In this document: positions 53,917 to 63,960 of the stretch, in pieces
How the letters are laid out: each line of letters begins with the position of its first letter
Position numbering within the stretch: the first letter of the stretch is position 1
From: Eubacteriales bacterium
Lineage (GTDB): Bacteria; Bacillota; Clostridia; Oscillospirales; SIG627
NCBI GenBank assembly: GCA_045655865.1
Contig: JAZOQB010000046.1
Span: forward strand, 27,504 to 91,503
DNA: 64,000 bases
Direction of reading: 5' to 3'
Program-made: the position numbers and the translations under genes
Notes under the pieces: model-generated
What the model was told of the DNA's origin: nothing
The model's database searches: none
What the model saw: only the letters and a program-made list of their open reading frames with translations

Positions 53917-55131
53917 TCAGGTACGGTAGTCTCCATTGATTTTTACATAGTCGTAGGTCAAATCGCACCCCCAAGCAGTAGCAACTGCCTTGCCAGAATT
54001 CAAACCGATGCGAATTTCGACTTCCTTTTCTAACAAAATCTCTTTTGCTTTTTCTTCGGAAAATGCGACTCCGGATCCGTTTTTACATACCGAAATCGCG
54101 CCTTTGGCGCTAACAAAATCCACATCCACGCGCTTGACATCCACATCAGCTCCGCTGTAGCCAATAGCACACAATACTCTTCCCCAGTTGGCATCCGCTC
54201 CAAACATAGCCGCCTTCAAAAGGCTGGAGCAGATCACACTCTTAGCAACAGTCTTGGCCGTCTTTTCATCTTCTGCGCCGGTCACTCGACATTCCAGAAG
54301 CTTGGTGGCTCCTTCTCCATCACCGGCGATCTCCCGACAAAGGGAAACGGTAACGGCATTGAGCGCTTGCATAAAGACAGAGAAATCTTCCCCTTCTTCA
54401 GTAATCTGGCAATTTCCGGCTTTGCCGTTGGCAAGTACGACCACCATATCGTTGGTGGAAGTGTCACCATCAATGCTAACCATGTTAAACGTATTCTTCA
54501 CATCGGAAGAAAGCGCTTTTTGCAACATTTCCGGGGAAATGGCAGCGTCTGTGGTAATAAACACCAGCATCGTAGCCATATTGGGATGGATCATACCACT
54601 GCCTTTTGCAATACCACCTAAGCGACAGACCTTGCCACCCAATTCAAATTCCACAGCCACCTCTTTTTTTGTGGTGTCTGTAGTCATGATTCCCTCGGCC
54701 GCGGCTTCCCCACCATCGCGGGAAAGTCCTGCTGCCAGTGCAGGCAGACCTTTTTCAATGGGTTCTAAATTCAAAGGCTGACCGATAACCCCGGTAGAAG
54801 CTACCACAACGTCTGCCGGAGAAATTTCAAGCGCCGAAGCGGTCATTTCACACATGCGCTCCGCAACTTCCAAACCATTGGCGTTGCAGGTATTGGCATT
54901 TCCGCTGTTGCAAATCACCGCCTGTGCGATTCCATCGGAAAGATTTGCTTTTGTAACCAGAAGAGGCGCACCTTTCACCAAATTTGTGGTATATACGGCG
55001 GCGGCACTGCAAATGGTGTCGCTGTAAATGAGAGCAAGGTCACGCTTGGTCCGATTGCGACGGATCCCGCAATGAACTCCGTTTGCTAAAAAACCTTTGG
55101 CGGCACAGACTCCGCCAGATACCAATTTCAT
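53917..55131 (-). CDS. argJ: Bifunctional ornithine acetyltransferase / N-acetylglutamate synthase
   Basis: GF.A.G..CGI.., and the autoprocessing site context HPNMATMLVFITTDA. Confidence 0.93.
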   Translation of the reverse strand: MKLVSGGVCAAKGFLANGVHCGIRRNRTKRDLALIYSDTICSAAAVYTTNLVKGAPLLVTKANLSDGIAQAVICNSGNANTCNANGLEVAERMCEMTASALEISPADVVVASTGVIGQPLNLEPIEKGLPALAAGLSRDGGEAAAEGIMTTDTTKKEVAVEFELGGKVCRLGGIAKGSGMIHPNMATMLVFITTDAAISPEMLQKALSSDVKNTFNMVSIDGDTSTNDMVVVLANGKAGNCQITEEGEDFSVFMQALNAVTVSLCREIAGDGEGATKLLECRVTGAEDEKTAKTVAKSVICSSLLKAAMFGADANWGRVLCAIGYSGADVDVKRVDVDFVSAKGAISVCKNGSGVAFSEEKAKEILLEKEVEIRIGLNSGKAVATAWGCDLTYDYVKINGDYRT

Positions 55132-55144
55132 TTTTCTTCCTCCG

Positions 55145-56068
55145 TTACACCGAAAGTCCGGTGCTTTCTTCCAAACCCAATAAAAGATTCATATTCTGAA
55201 TGGCGGCGCCGCTGGCGCCTTTCCCCAAATTATCAAAACGGGCAACCAAGAGAATTCTCTCTTCATTTCCTGTCACGGTGATCTGCATGTCATCCCGACC
55301 TGCAAAAGCACCTGCAGAAAGAAAACCGCCTTCTTCGCCGTTTTCAACAAACCGGATCAGACCTTTTTGATAATAGGTCCGATAAATGTTTTGTATCTGA
55401 TTGAAGTTTCCGTTCAGATCGCTACGAAATAAAGGCACCGAAACTTCCATGCCACTGTAAAAGGGTGCAACAACCGGGCAAAAGATGGGAGCGTTATGAA
55501 GTCCGCAGATGGCCACCATTTCCTTTAAGTGTTTGTGTGTCTGTCCCAGCCCATAAAGCCGTGGAGCATCCAGGAGTACATCGCGGTCACAATCTTCATA
55601 TTCCGCAATCATCTTTTTCCCTCCGCCGGAATACCCGGTAAGCGAATACGCGGAAAGCTTGGCGTCGGCGGAAAGAATACCGCTTTGCACCAATGGTGCC
55701 ACCAATGCCACAAAGCCACTGGCATGACAACCGGGATTTGCGATCCTTTTGGAAGCGCGGATTTGCTCACGCTTTCCGGCAAGCTCGGGAAGACCGTAGA
55801 CCCAACCCTTCTCGGTTCGGTGGGCGGTGGACGTATCGATGATAGCGGTATTTGGATTTTCAACCATATCTACCGCTTCGATCGCCGCCGGATCCGGCAA
55901 GCACAAAAAAGCAATGTCGGCGCCATTCAGCGCCTCTTTCCTGGCGGCAGGATCTTTGCGAGTCTCTTCCGGCAACGTGACAAGTTCCAGATCTTTGCGG
56001 CCGGCAAGGCGTTCATGAATGCGAAGACCGGTAGTACCGGCAGAACCGTCAATAAAAACTTTGGTCAT
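55145..56068 (-). CDS. argC: N-acetyl-gamma-glutamyl-phosphate reductase (short type)
   Basis: ORF track 55145..56155, start moved to ATG 56068, which overlaps the argH stop (ATGA). MTKVFIDGSAGTTGLRI and NPGCHASG (catalytic Cys). Confidence 0.9.
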   Translation of the reverse strand: MTKVFIDGSAGTTGLRIHERLAGRKDLELVTLPEETRKDPAARKEALNGADIAFLCLPDPAAIEAVDMVENPNTAIIDTSTAHRTEKGWVYGLPELAGKREQIRASKRIANPGCHASGFVALVAPLVQSGILSADAKLSAYSLTGYSGGGKKMIAEYEDCDRDVLLDAPRLYGLGQTHKHLKEMVAICGLHNAPIFCPVVAPFYSGMEVSVPLFRSDLNGNFNQIQNIYRTYYQKGLIRFVENGEEGGFLSAGAFAGRDDMQITVTGNEERILLVARFDNLGKGASGAAIQNMNLLLGLEESTGLSV

Positions 56069-57441
56069 TGCATAATCCTTTCCCGAACGATTCGGATCTG
56101 TTTTGTAACCGATGCAAAGGAGGTACCGCCTTCGCTGATTCTCTTTTCTACACAAGAAACAAGATCAATTTCCTGATAAACATCCCGGTCAAACAACTCT
56201 GAAAAACGACGATACTCATCCAGAGGCAAAGTCTCTAAAACCAGGCCGGAAGCGATACAATGTGCCACAATTTGTCCGGAGATCTTGTATGCAGAGCGGA
56301 AAGGCATGCCTTTTTTCACAAGATAATCCGCCAGGTCGGTTGCATTAATAAAACCGGTCTGAGCAGCCTTTTTCATATTCTCTTCCTTGGCTTTCATTCC
56401 GGACAACATTCCGCAAAACACGTCCAGGCACATCTTGACCGTATCACAAGCATCGAAAATACTTTCTTTGTCTTCCTGCATATCCTTGTTGTATGCGAGA
56501 GGAAGCCCCTTGAGGGTGGTGAGAAGTGCCATCAGGTCACCGTAGACCCGACCGGTCTTTCCCCGTACCAACTCCGCCAGATCCGGATTCTTTTTCTGGG
56601 GCATGATGGACGATCCGGTAGTAAAGTTATCAGAAAGCTCAACAAATTGAAACTCCCAGCTGCACCAGAGGATAATCTCCTCGGAAAAGCGGGATAAATG
56701 CATCATCAAGATGGAGAGAGCGCTTAAAAGCTCCAGACAGAAGTCACGATCGGAAACAGCGTCCAAGGAATTTAGGCAGATTCCGTCAAAGTCTAGCTTT
56801 TTCGCTTCAAATTCCCGATCGGTGTTATAAGTGGTACCGGCCAGGGCACAGGCACCGATAGGCGACTGATTCATTCGCTTCTTGCAATCTGAAAGGCGAT
56901 CCAGATCTCGAAGCAACATCATGGAATAAGCCATCAAATGATGACCGAAAGAGATAGGCTGGGCTCTCTGCAGATGCGTGTAACCGGGAAGAATGATCTT
57001 TTGATAGTCCTCTGCCTTATTGCAGATCGCTAAGATCAGCTTTTTTAGCTTTTCTTCAAACAAGACGATCTCATCTCTTAAATACATCCGCAAATCAAGA
57101 GCCACCTGGTCGTTGCGACTACGGGCGGTGTGAAGCTTTTTTCCCACCTCGCCAAGGCGAGAAGTCAATTCTTGCTCGATAAACATATGGATATCTTCGC
57201 AAGTCATATCAAAGGAGAGCTTTCCGTTCTCAAGCTCGCTTAAAATCTCTTCCAAACCCGCAATAAGCTTATCTGCCTCATCGCAAGCAATGATTCCCTG
57301 TTTTGCCAGCATCGCTGCATGAGCCATACTGCCACGAATATCCTGACGAAACATTCTGGAATCAAAATGAATGGAAGAATTAAAATCATCTGCCAACTGG
57401 TCAATTTGACCGTCTGTCCGGCCAGCCCACATCTTTGCCAT
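56065..57441 (-). CDS. argH: Argininosuccinate lyase
   Basis: MWAGR......, GYTHLQRAQP, GSSIMPQKKNPD (fumarate-lyase signature). Confidence 0.95.
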   Translation of the reverse strand: MAKMWAGRTDGQIDQLADDFNSSIHFDSRMFRQDIRGSMAHAAMLAKQGIIACDEADKLIAGLEEILSELENGKLSFDMTCEDIHMFIEQELTSRLGEVGKKLHTARSRNDQVALDLRMYLRDEIVLFEEKLKKLILAICNKAEDYQKIILPGYTHLQRAQPISFGHHLMAYSMMLLRDLDRLSDCKKRMNQSPIGACALAGTTYNTDREFEAKKLDFDGICLNSLDAVSDRDFCLELLSALSILMMHLSRFSEEIILWCSWEFQFVELSDNFTTGSSIMPQKKNPDLAELVRGKTGRVYGDLMALLTTLKGLPLAYNKDMQEDKESIFDACDTVKMCLDVFCGMLSGMKAKEENMKKAAQTGFINATDLADYLVKKGMPFRSAYKISGQIVAHCIASGLVLETLPLDEYRRFSELFDRDVYQEIDLVSCVEKRISEGGTSFASVTKQIRIVRERIMQ

Positions 57442-57477
57442 GGTCTTTCTTCTCTTTCCAAAAATTTAAACTAAAAT

Positions 57478-57495
57478 TTTGCATAAATATTCATT
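57478..57495 (-). promoter_or_regulatory. ARG-box-like operator (ArgR/AhrC site) in the argH leader
   Basis: The minus strand reads AATGAATATTTATGCAAA, against the ARG box consensus TNTGAATWWWWATTCANW (one core mismatch). It lies about 20 nt downstream of the -10. Confidence 0.45.
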
Positions 57496-57515
57496 TATAA
57501 TATTAAGACTCAAAT

Positions 57516-57544
57516 ATTATACGCTTGTCAGAATCTCTTGTCAA
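57516..57544 (-). promoter_or_regulatory. Sigma-A-type promoter of argHCJBDF
   Basis: Minus strand: TTGACA (57544-57539), 17 nt, TATAAT (57521-57516). Both hexamers match consensus. Confidence 0.7.
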
Positions 57545-57590
57545 GGTAATTCGAAAACAAAATTCGAGAAATTCATAAACAATTAACAAA

Positions 57591-57626
57591 GAAAAACCGC
57601 AAACAGAATTTGTTTGCGGTTTTATT
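57591..57626 (-). terminator. Terminator of the his operon
   Basis: CCGCAAACA (57597-57605) pairs with TGTTTGCGG (57611-57619), with U-runs on both strands. Confidence 0.8.
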
Positions 57627-57653
57627 CAAAAAAACGTATATTATTCGTTTTTT

Positions 57654-58301
57654 TTATTGAGTCATTTTCTCCTGCTTCACTTTTTTATCGATCACGTGAC
57701 GGGAAGCCAATTCTGCATGAACATCCTCCAAGGTAATTCCCATTTGGATCATCAGAACCATCACATGATAAGCAAGATCTGCAATCTCATAAACAGTCTC
57801 TTTCTTGTCGTCGCCCTTGGCAGCAACGATCACCTCGGTACTCTCCTCCCCTACCTTTTTCAAGATCTTATCGATCCCTTTTTCAAAGAGATAGGTGGTA
57901 TAAGAACCTTCTTTCTTTTCCGCCTTTCTTCCCTGTAGCATTTCCATGAGTTTTTCAAGAGAAAACTCTTGCCGCTCAGGACTTTCCCAAACGGTGTTTT
58001 CAAAGCAGGATTTGGTTCCTTTGTGACAGGCGGGACCTTCCGGTTCTACCATGACAACCAGTGCGTCGCCATCGCAGTCGGCGGTCATGGAAACGATATG
58101 CTGAAAGTTTCCGCTGGTTTCTCCTTTCAACCAAAGTTCGTTCCGAGATCGGCTCCAAAAACAAGTGAGCCCCTTTTCCATTGAGATCTGAAGGCTTTCA
58201 CGGTTCATATAAGCGAGAGTCAACACCTTTTTGGACACAGCGTCCACCACGATAGCGGGAATGAGTCCCTTTTCATCAAATTTTAGCATTTCCAAATTCA
58301 T
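57654..58301 (-). CDS. hisIE: Bifunctional phosphoribosyl-AMP cyclohydrolase / phosphoribosyl-ATP pyrophosphatase
   Basis: ORF track 57654..58352, start moved to ATG 58301 (SD AAGGAGA). GLIPAIVVDA...WSRSRNELWLKGETSGN...DCDGDAL (HisI) plus the C-terminal EE..EV..A......E.ADL.YH (HisE). Confidence 0.92.
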   Translation of the reverse strand: MNLEMLKFDEKGLIPAIVVDAVSKKVLTLAYMNRESLQISMEKGLTCFWSRSRNELWLKGETSGNFQHIVSMTADCDGDALVVMVEPEGPACHKGTKSCFENTVWESPERQEFSLEKLMEMLQGRKAEKKEGSYTTYLFEKGIDKILKKVGEESTEVIVAAKGDDKKETVYEIADLAYHVMVLMIQMGITLEDVHAELASRHVIDKKVKQEKMTQ

Positions 58302-58314
58302 CTTATCATTCTCC

Positions 58315-59073
58315 TTATCTGCGTACCGGAATTTTGTTAGCGTAAAGTTCATTTTTAAGATCTGCGATCTTCACTTCTCCAAAGTGAAAAATAGAAGCGG
58401 CAAGCCCTGCATCCACCTTGGGAAGGCTGGTAAACAGCTGAGTGAAGTGATCGATACAACCGGCGCCTCCAGAAGCGATCACCGGTACCGACACGGCACT
58501 GCATACCGCCTCCAGCATTTCCAGATCAAAACCATTTTTCACTCCATCCGTATCAATGGAGTTAACTACGACCTCACCGGCTCCGTTTTCAACACAACGG
58601 CGTATCCACTCGATCCCCTCCATGCCGGTATCGACTCTGCCGCCCTTTGCAAATACGTGAAATTGGCCGTCTACCCGTTTTAAGTCTGCAGAGAGTACCA
58701 CACACTGATCTCCGTAGCGCTTGGCGGCTTCTCCCACAAGTCCCGGATCCGCAATGGCGCCGGAATTGACACTTACCTTATCAGCTCCGGCTTTCAAAAC
58801 CCGGTCAAAATCTGCAAGGGAACGAATTCCTCCGCCAACGGTCAGAGGAATAAAGATCGTAGAGGCCACCTCGAAAAGAATATCGGTAAACAACTCACGC
58901 TCTTCTGCAGAGGCCGCGATATCGTAAAATACCAATTCATCAGCGCCGCACTCGCTGTAAAATTTTGCCAGCTCAACGGGCGAGGACACGTCCCTTAAGC
59001 CCAAAAAGTTTGTTCCTTTTACCACTCTGCCGTGTTTCACGTCCAAACACGGTATGATGCGTTTTGTAATCAT
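58315..59073 (-). CDS. hisF: Imidazole glycerol phosphate synthase cyclase subunit
   Basis: KRIIPCLDV..GRVVKG, ADELVFYDI, GGGIRS. Confidence 0.95.
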   Translation of the reverse strand: MITKRIIPCLDVKHGRVVKGTNFLGLRDVSSPVELAKFYSECGADELVFYDIAASAEERELFTDILFEVASTIFIPLTVGGGIRSLADFDRVLKAGADKVSVNSGAIADPGLVGEAAKRYGDQCVVLSADLKRVDGQFHVFAKGGRVDTGMEGIEWIRRCVENGAGEVVVNSIDTDGVKNGFDLEMLEAVCSAVSVPVIASGGAGCIDHFTQLFTSLPKVDAGLAASIFHFGEVKIADLKNELYANKIPVRR

Positions 59074-59783
59074 TTTGCTGCCTCGATCGCTTCTCTTAAA
59101 TCAATAGCGCCGGTGTAATATGCCTTTCCTATAATCGCTCCGTGAAGGCCTAAATCAGCGAGTTTTTTTACGTCGTCCAGTGTGGAGACACCGCCGGAGG
59201 CGATCAAATTCAAAGAAGTGGTTTTCAAAAGTTTTTGATACATTTTCATCCCCGGTCCTTGCATTGCGCCATCTTTGGTGATATCGGTGCAAATTACATG
59301 TTTTACACCAACTCGTTCCATTTTTTCGAAAAATTCAAAGGCGTCGATATCTGAAAGCTCCGTCCAACCGCGAATGGCAACTTTTCCGTCTTTTACGTCA
59401 ATTCCAACTGCGATCTTGTCCCCATAGGTTTTGATCGCTTCCAGGAGGAATGCTTCATCTTTTACCGCTGCGGTCCCCAAAATGACTCGGTCCGCTCCAG
59501 CGTCCAAATATTTAGAAACGGTTTCCAAATTTCGGATCCCGCCGCCGATCTCTAAAAACAGATCTGTATTTTCCGCAACTTTTTTCACAGTTTCAAGATT
59601 CAAAACATTTCCGGTTTTGGCTCCCTCCAGATCCACCATGTGGATGCAGGTAGCACCTTTCTCCTGAAAATCCCGGGCAACACAGAGGGGGTCTTCATGA
59701 TACACGGTCATCTTGTCGTAATCGCCTTGAAAGAGGCGAACCGCTTTTCCCTGATATAAGTCAATAGCGGGAAAAATCAGCAT
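59070..59783 (-). CDS. hisA: ProFAR isomerase
   Basis: MLIFPAIDLYQGKAVRL.QGDY and SGGVSTLDD. Overlaps neighbouring genes at both ends. Confidence 0.95.
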   Translation of the reverse strand: MLIFPAIDLYQGKAVRLFQGDYDKMTVYHEDPLCVARDFQEKGATCIHMVDLEGAKTGNVLNLETVKKVAENTDLFLEIGGGIRNLETVSKYLDAGADRVILGTAAVKDEAFLLEAIKTYGDKIAVGIDVKDGKVAIRGWTELSDIDAFEFFEKMERVGVKHVICTDITKDGAMQGPGMKMYQKLLKTTSLNLIASGGVSTLDDVKKLADLGLHGAIIGKAYYTGAIDLREAIEAAK

Positions 59784-60403
59784 GCTCCCACCTCCGTTTC
59801 ACAAAATGCCTTCAAAATTTTCAATCCTATTTCCCCGCTTTTTTCCGGATGGAACTGACATCCAAACACCGATCCGCGCCGGACTGCCGCCGTAAGAGGC
59901 GCACCGTATTCCGTAACAGCGCTCACAAACGGCTCACACTGCGTAGCATAAAATGAATGAACAAAATACACATAGTCTCCATCCTTCAAATACCGAAAAA
60001 TAGGAGAAGGAGAACCGGTAAACGACAGGGCGTTCCAGCCAATATGAGGGATCTTTAAATCCGATGGAATAACATCAGAAATAGGTCGGATCTGCCCGGG
60101 GATCAATCCTAAGCCGGTGTGGACACCGTATTCAAAGCTTGTGTCAAAAAGAAGCTGCATTCCAAGACAAATGCCCAACAAAGGCTTGCCACGTTCCGCC
60201 TCTTCTCGCACCAGATCAAACAAGCCACTTCCACGAAGCTTTGCAGCGGCATCGGCAAAGGCGCCGACACCGGGGAGCACCACTCGCTGGGCTTGTCGGA
60301 TAATCTCGGGATCTCCGGTGATCACCGCCTCCTCGCCAACAGCGCGAAAGGAGCTGTGTAGAGAAAAAAGGTTCCCTACGCCATAATCGATAATTGCAAC
60401 CAT
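59777..60403 (-). CDS. hisH: Imidazole glycerol phosphate synthase glutaminase subunit
   Basis: VAIIDYGVGNLFS, LPGVGAF, GICLGMQLL (catalytic Cys), FHPEKS. Confidence 0.95.
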   Translation of the reverse strand: MVAIIDYGVGNLFSLHSSFRAVGEEAVITGDPEIIRQAQRVVLPGVGAFADAAAKLRGSGLFDLVREEAERGKPLLGICLGMQLLFDTSFEYGVHTGLGLIPGQIRPISDVIPSDLKIPHIGWNALSFTGSPSPIFRYLKDGDYVYFVHSFYATQCEPFVSAVTEYGAPLTAAVRRGSVFGCQFHPEKSGEIGLKILKAFCETEVGAC

Positions 60404-60990
60404 TATAAAATTCCTTTTGTTGATGGAATGGCATCAGGATTCTTTGTATCGATCCCCACAGCCTGTAAAAGTGAGCGGGCAACGGATTTAAATGCACCTT
60501 CTGCAATGTGATGTGAATTTTTACCGGACAGAGAGCGGATATGCAGTGCCATTGGGCAATTGCGCACAAAGGCTAAGAAGAATTCCTCAATCAGCTCGGT
60601 ATCAAACGTGCCGATTTTTTTTGCACGAATGGGAAGGTCAAAAGACAGGAATGCACGACCGGACAGATCCGCAGCAGAAAGAATCAGGGCTTCATCCATA
60701 GGTAGGATCATAAAGCCGTAACGGCAGATCCCTTTTTTGTCTCCCAATGCTTTTGAAAACGCCTGACCCAGGGCAATCCCGACATCTTCTACCGTGTGGT
60801 GATCATCCACCTCCACATCCCCTTTGCAAGTGATCTCAAGATCAAAGCGGCCGTGAGAAGCAAAAAGGGTGAGCATATGATCCAAAAAACCGCATCCGGT
60901 GTCCACCCGACTCTGCCCATTACCGTCAAGATTTAGGGACAAAACGATGTCGGTCTCTGCAGTCTTTCTTTTTATCTGAGCATATCTCAT
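60403..60990 (-). CDS. hisB: Imidazoleglycerol-phosphate dehydratase
   Basis: R.T.ET.I...L.LDG, GFLDHML, DDHHT.EDV.IALG, NSHHI.E..FK. Confidence 0.95.
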   Translation of the reverse strand: MRYAQIKRKTAETDIVLSLNLDGNGQSRVDTGCGFLDHMLTLFASHGRFDLEITCKGDVEVDDHHTVEDVGIALGQAFSKALGDKKGICRYGFMILPMDEALILSAADLSGRAFLSFDLPIRAKKIGTFDTELIEEFFLAFVRNCPMALHIRSLSGKNSHHIAEGAFKSVARSLLQAVGIDTKNPDAIPSTKGIL

Positions 60991-62051
60991 AATTTTTCCT
61001 CCAAAATCTCTTTCACCGCTTTCACAAGTGCTTCCATTTCCGGCCTCGAGCCAACAGTGATCCGGTTATAGTCACATATCTTTGGTATATCAAAATGCCG
61101 TACCAGAATACCACGGTCCTTCAGCTTTTGATACAAATCAAGACCAGATATGACAGGATGACGGACAAAAAGAAAGTTTGCACGAGAGTCCGTCATAGAA
61201 AAGCCGAGCTTTTTTAACTCTTCGGAAGCGAAAGCTCGATTTTCTTGCACGGCCATACAATTTTTTCTCGTGTAGGCTTCGTCCGACAAAACGCCGATTC
61301 CGGCGGCCATGGTCATGGTATTGATATTATAGGGATTTGTTGAATATTTGATGGTATTTAAGTCTTGAATCAATTCGCGAGAGGCAACACCAAAACCCAG
61401 CCGTGCACCGGCCATAGAACGGGATTTGGAAAACGTTTGCGTCACCAAAAGATTGTCGTATCGATGAATTAAAGGAATGCAGCTCTCTGCACCAAAATCC
61501 ACGTAAGCCTCGTCAATGACGACTACGTGATCAGGATTCGATTTCAGGATCTTTTCAATTTCCCCGACGCTCAGGCAAAGCCCAGTTGGCGCATTGGGAT
61601 TGGCGATAAAAACAGTTCGATTCACTCCGAAATAATCCGAAGCATCAATGGAAAAATCATCCCTGAGTGCAACGGTTTTAAAATCGATCCCATTTGCCCG
61701 GGCAAACACCGGATAAAAGCCGTAGGTGATCTCCGGAAAGATCGCGGGATGTTTATCGTCGCAAAAAGCCATAAAAGCAAAATTGAGAATGTCATCCGAC
61801 CCATTGGTCCAAAGGATCTCGCTTGGATCCAGATGATATAGCTCCGCCAGAGCGGCCGTCAATTCTCTGCATTCCGGATCCGGGTAAAGCTGGAGACGGT
61901 CAGCGACTTGCTTTGCCATTTGCTGAGCTTTTGGAGAAGGTGGAAAGGGAGATTCGTTGGTGTTGAGCTTGATATAACTTCTCTCTTTCGGCTGTTCCCC
62001 GGGGGTATAAGGAGAAAGAGAACGGTATTTTTCACTAAAAAAACGGCTCAT
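60987..62051 (-). CDS. hisC: Histidinol-phosphate aminotransferase
   Basis: YTPGEQP, LNTNESP, NPNAPTG, TFSKSRSMAGARLG (PLP lysine). Confidence 0.93.
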   Translation of the reverse strand: MSRFFSEKYRSLSPYTPGEQPKERSYIKLNTNESPFPPSPKAQQMAKQVADRLQLYPDPECRELTAALAELYHLDPSEILWTNGSDDILNFAFMAFCDDKHPAIFPEITYGFYPVFARANGIDFKTVALRDDFSIDASDYFGVNRTVFIANPNAPTGLCLSVGEIEKILKSNPDHVVVIDEAYVDFGAESCIPLIHRYDNLLVTQTFSKSRSMAGARLGFGVASRELIQDLNTIKYSTNPYNINTMTMAAGIGVLSDEAYTRKNCMAVQENRAFASEELKKLGFSMTDSRANFLFVRHPVISGLDLYQKLKDRGILVRHFDIPKICDYNRITVGSRPEMEALVKAVKEILEEKL

Positions 62052-63328
62052 TTGTTACGCCTCGTACGAATGACTGCGCTTTTGGCGTGGGCAGTCAAAC
62101 CCTCTTTTTTTGCAAATGTGGCGACATCCTGCGCCACATCATCCAAAGCCTCAGGAGTATAGTAGAGATACTGACTTTTTTTCATGAAGTCATCCACGGA
62201 GAGAGGACTGGAAAATTTTGCCGTTCCGCTGGTTGGAAGGGTGTGATTTGGGCCGGCAAAATAATCTCCCAGGGCTTCCGGACAGCTTCTTCCTAAGAAA
62301 ATGGATCCGGCATGAAAAATGGAGTCCAGATAAGAAAACGGCTCATCTACACAAAGCTCCAAGTGCTCCGGAGCGATCTGGTTTGCCAGATCGATGGCAA
62401 CTTGAAGATTGGGAGATACAATGATCTTTCCGTTTTCATCAATGGAGGTGCGAGCAATTCCCTCTCGTTCCAAAAGCGGAATCTGATTTTCCAATTCCTC
62501 CCGAACAGCCAAAGCTAAGTCCATTGAGTCGGTGATAAGAACCGCGCTGGCCAATTTGTCGTGTTCCGCTTGAGATAAGAGATCGGCGGCAATACAAGAA
62601 GGATCACTCTTTCCATCGGAAACGATCAAAATTTCACTGGGTCCGGCAATCATGTCAATGGAAACCGCACCAAATACTTGTTTTTTTGCCTCGGCAACAA
62701 AGGCGTTGCCGGGTCCTACGATCTTATCCACTTTCGGGATCGTTTCCGTTCCATAGGCCAGCGCTGCTATCGCCTGAGCGCCGCCCACCTTAAAGATTCG
62801 ATCCACCCGGGCTACGTGGGCAGCCGCTAAAATTGCGGGATTCACCTTTCCTTCCTTGTTGGGAGGGGTGACCATGATCACTTCTTCGCATCCGGCGATT
62901 TTTGCCGGTATGCCATTCATCAGGACTGTAGAGGGATAGGCTGCAGTGCCTCCGGGAATATAAAGACCGGCTCGATCCACCGGCATGATCTTCTGTCCCA
63001 GGATAACGCCTTTCTCCCCTTCAAGCTGAAAGCCGGAGCGTTTCTGCTTTTCATGAAAACGGCGAATATTTCCCGCCGCCTTTTCCAGGATCGATAAAAA
63101 TTCCGGGTCTGTCTGTTCCAAGGCCTCTTGTATCTCCTCTTTGGAAACCGCAAGAGAAGTAAGCTTTGCCCCGTCAAACTGTTCCGTGAAACGCTGTAAA
63201 GCAGCGTCGCCGTCTCGGCGAACGGTTTTGATAATATCGGACACGATCTCTTCCACATTGACGCTGGGCACCGCGCGGGAAAACAGTTCCGAAGGTTCCA
63301 CTTCTCCGTATTTTAAGATTCGTATCAT
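62048..63328 (-). CDS. hisD: Histidinol dehydrogenase
   Basis: IAGPSEILI, QAEHD, GDY.AGPNHTLPT. Confidence 0.95.
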   Translation of the reverse strand: MIRILKYGEVEPSELFSRAVPSVNVEEIVSDIIKTVRRDGDAALQRFTEQFDGAKLTSLAVSKEEIQEALEQTDPEFLSILEKAAGNIRRFHEKQKRSGFQLEGEKGVILGQKIMPVDRAGLYIPGGTAAYPSTVLMNGIPAKIAGCEEVIMVTPPNKEGKVNPAILAAAHVARVDRIFKVGGAQAIAALAYGTETIPKVDKIVGPGNAFVAEAKKQVFGAVSIDMIAGPSEILIVSDGKSDPSCIAADLLSQAEHDKLASAVLITDSMDLALAVREELENQIPLLEREGIARTSIDENGKIIVSPNLQVAIDLANQIAPEHLELCVDEPFSYLDSIFHAGSIFLGRSCPEALGDYFAGPNHTLPTSGTAKFSSPLSVDDFMKKSQYLYYTPEALDDVAQDVATFAKKEGLTAHAKSAVIRTRRNK

Positions 63329-63960
63329 TCTTTTGCCTCCCCTTGAAGCTGTGCCGCAAGGCTCTTTATGATCGCTTCCATCGGTTCGTTTTTGAATTTA
63401 AAACTAGATTTGTTGGCAATGAGCCTGGCGCTGATCGGAACAATCTCTTCCGTAACTTCCAGATTGTTTTCCACCAGAGTCTTTCCGGTCTCTACAATGT
63501 CAACGATTACGTCTGTTAATCCCAAAATAGGGGCAATTTCAATGGAGCCGTTCAAATGAATGATGTCAATGTCGCGGCCACGCTTCAAATAATAATCCTT
63601 TGCAATATTAGCAAATTTTGTAGCCACTCGCAAAGTTCTTCTGGTATCATCCCGAAAACCTGACGGTGCGGCAACCGCCATTCTACATACACCGGTTTTC
63701 AGATCCAAAAGTTCATAAACATCCGGAGCATATTCCAAGAGAATATCTTTTCCGGCAACACCCAAGTCAGCCGCCCCCCGTTCCACGTATATGGCAACAT
63801 CAGAAGGCTTGACCCAAAAATAGCGAACACCGCATTCACGGTTTTCAAAAATCAGCTTTCGAGTATTTTCTAAGATCTGGGGGCAAGGAAACCCTGCTTG
63901 GGCAAACATGGAATAGACACGTTCTCCCAATCTTCCTTTGGGCAGAGCAATATTAAGCAT
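63325..63960 (-). CDS. hisG: ATP phosphoribosyltransferase, short (HisZ-dependent) form
   Basis: The ORF track opens at TTG 63969; ATG 63960 gives the canonical MLNIALPKGRL. About 211 aa with no C-terminal regulatory domain. Confidence 0.93.
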   Translation of the reverse strand: MLNIALPKGRLGERVYSMFAQAGFPCPQILENTRKLIFENRECGVRYFWVKPSDVAIYVERGAADLGVAGKDILLEYAPDVYELLDLKTGVCRMAVAAPSGFRDDTRRTLRVATKFANIAKDYYLKRGRDIDIIHLNGSIEIAPILGLTDVIVDIVETGKTLVENNLEVTEEIVPISARLIANKSSFKFKNEPMEAIIKSLAAQLQGEAKE

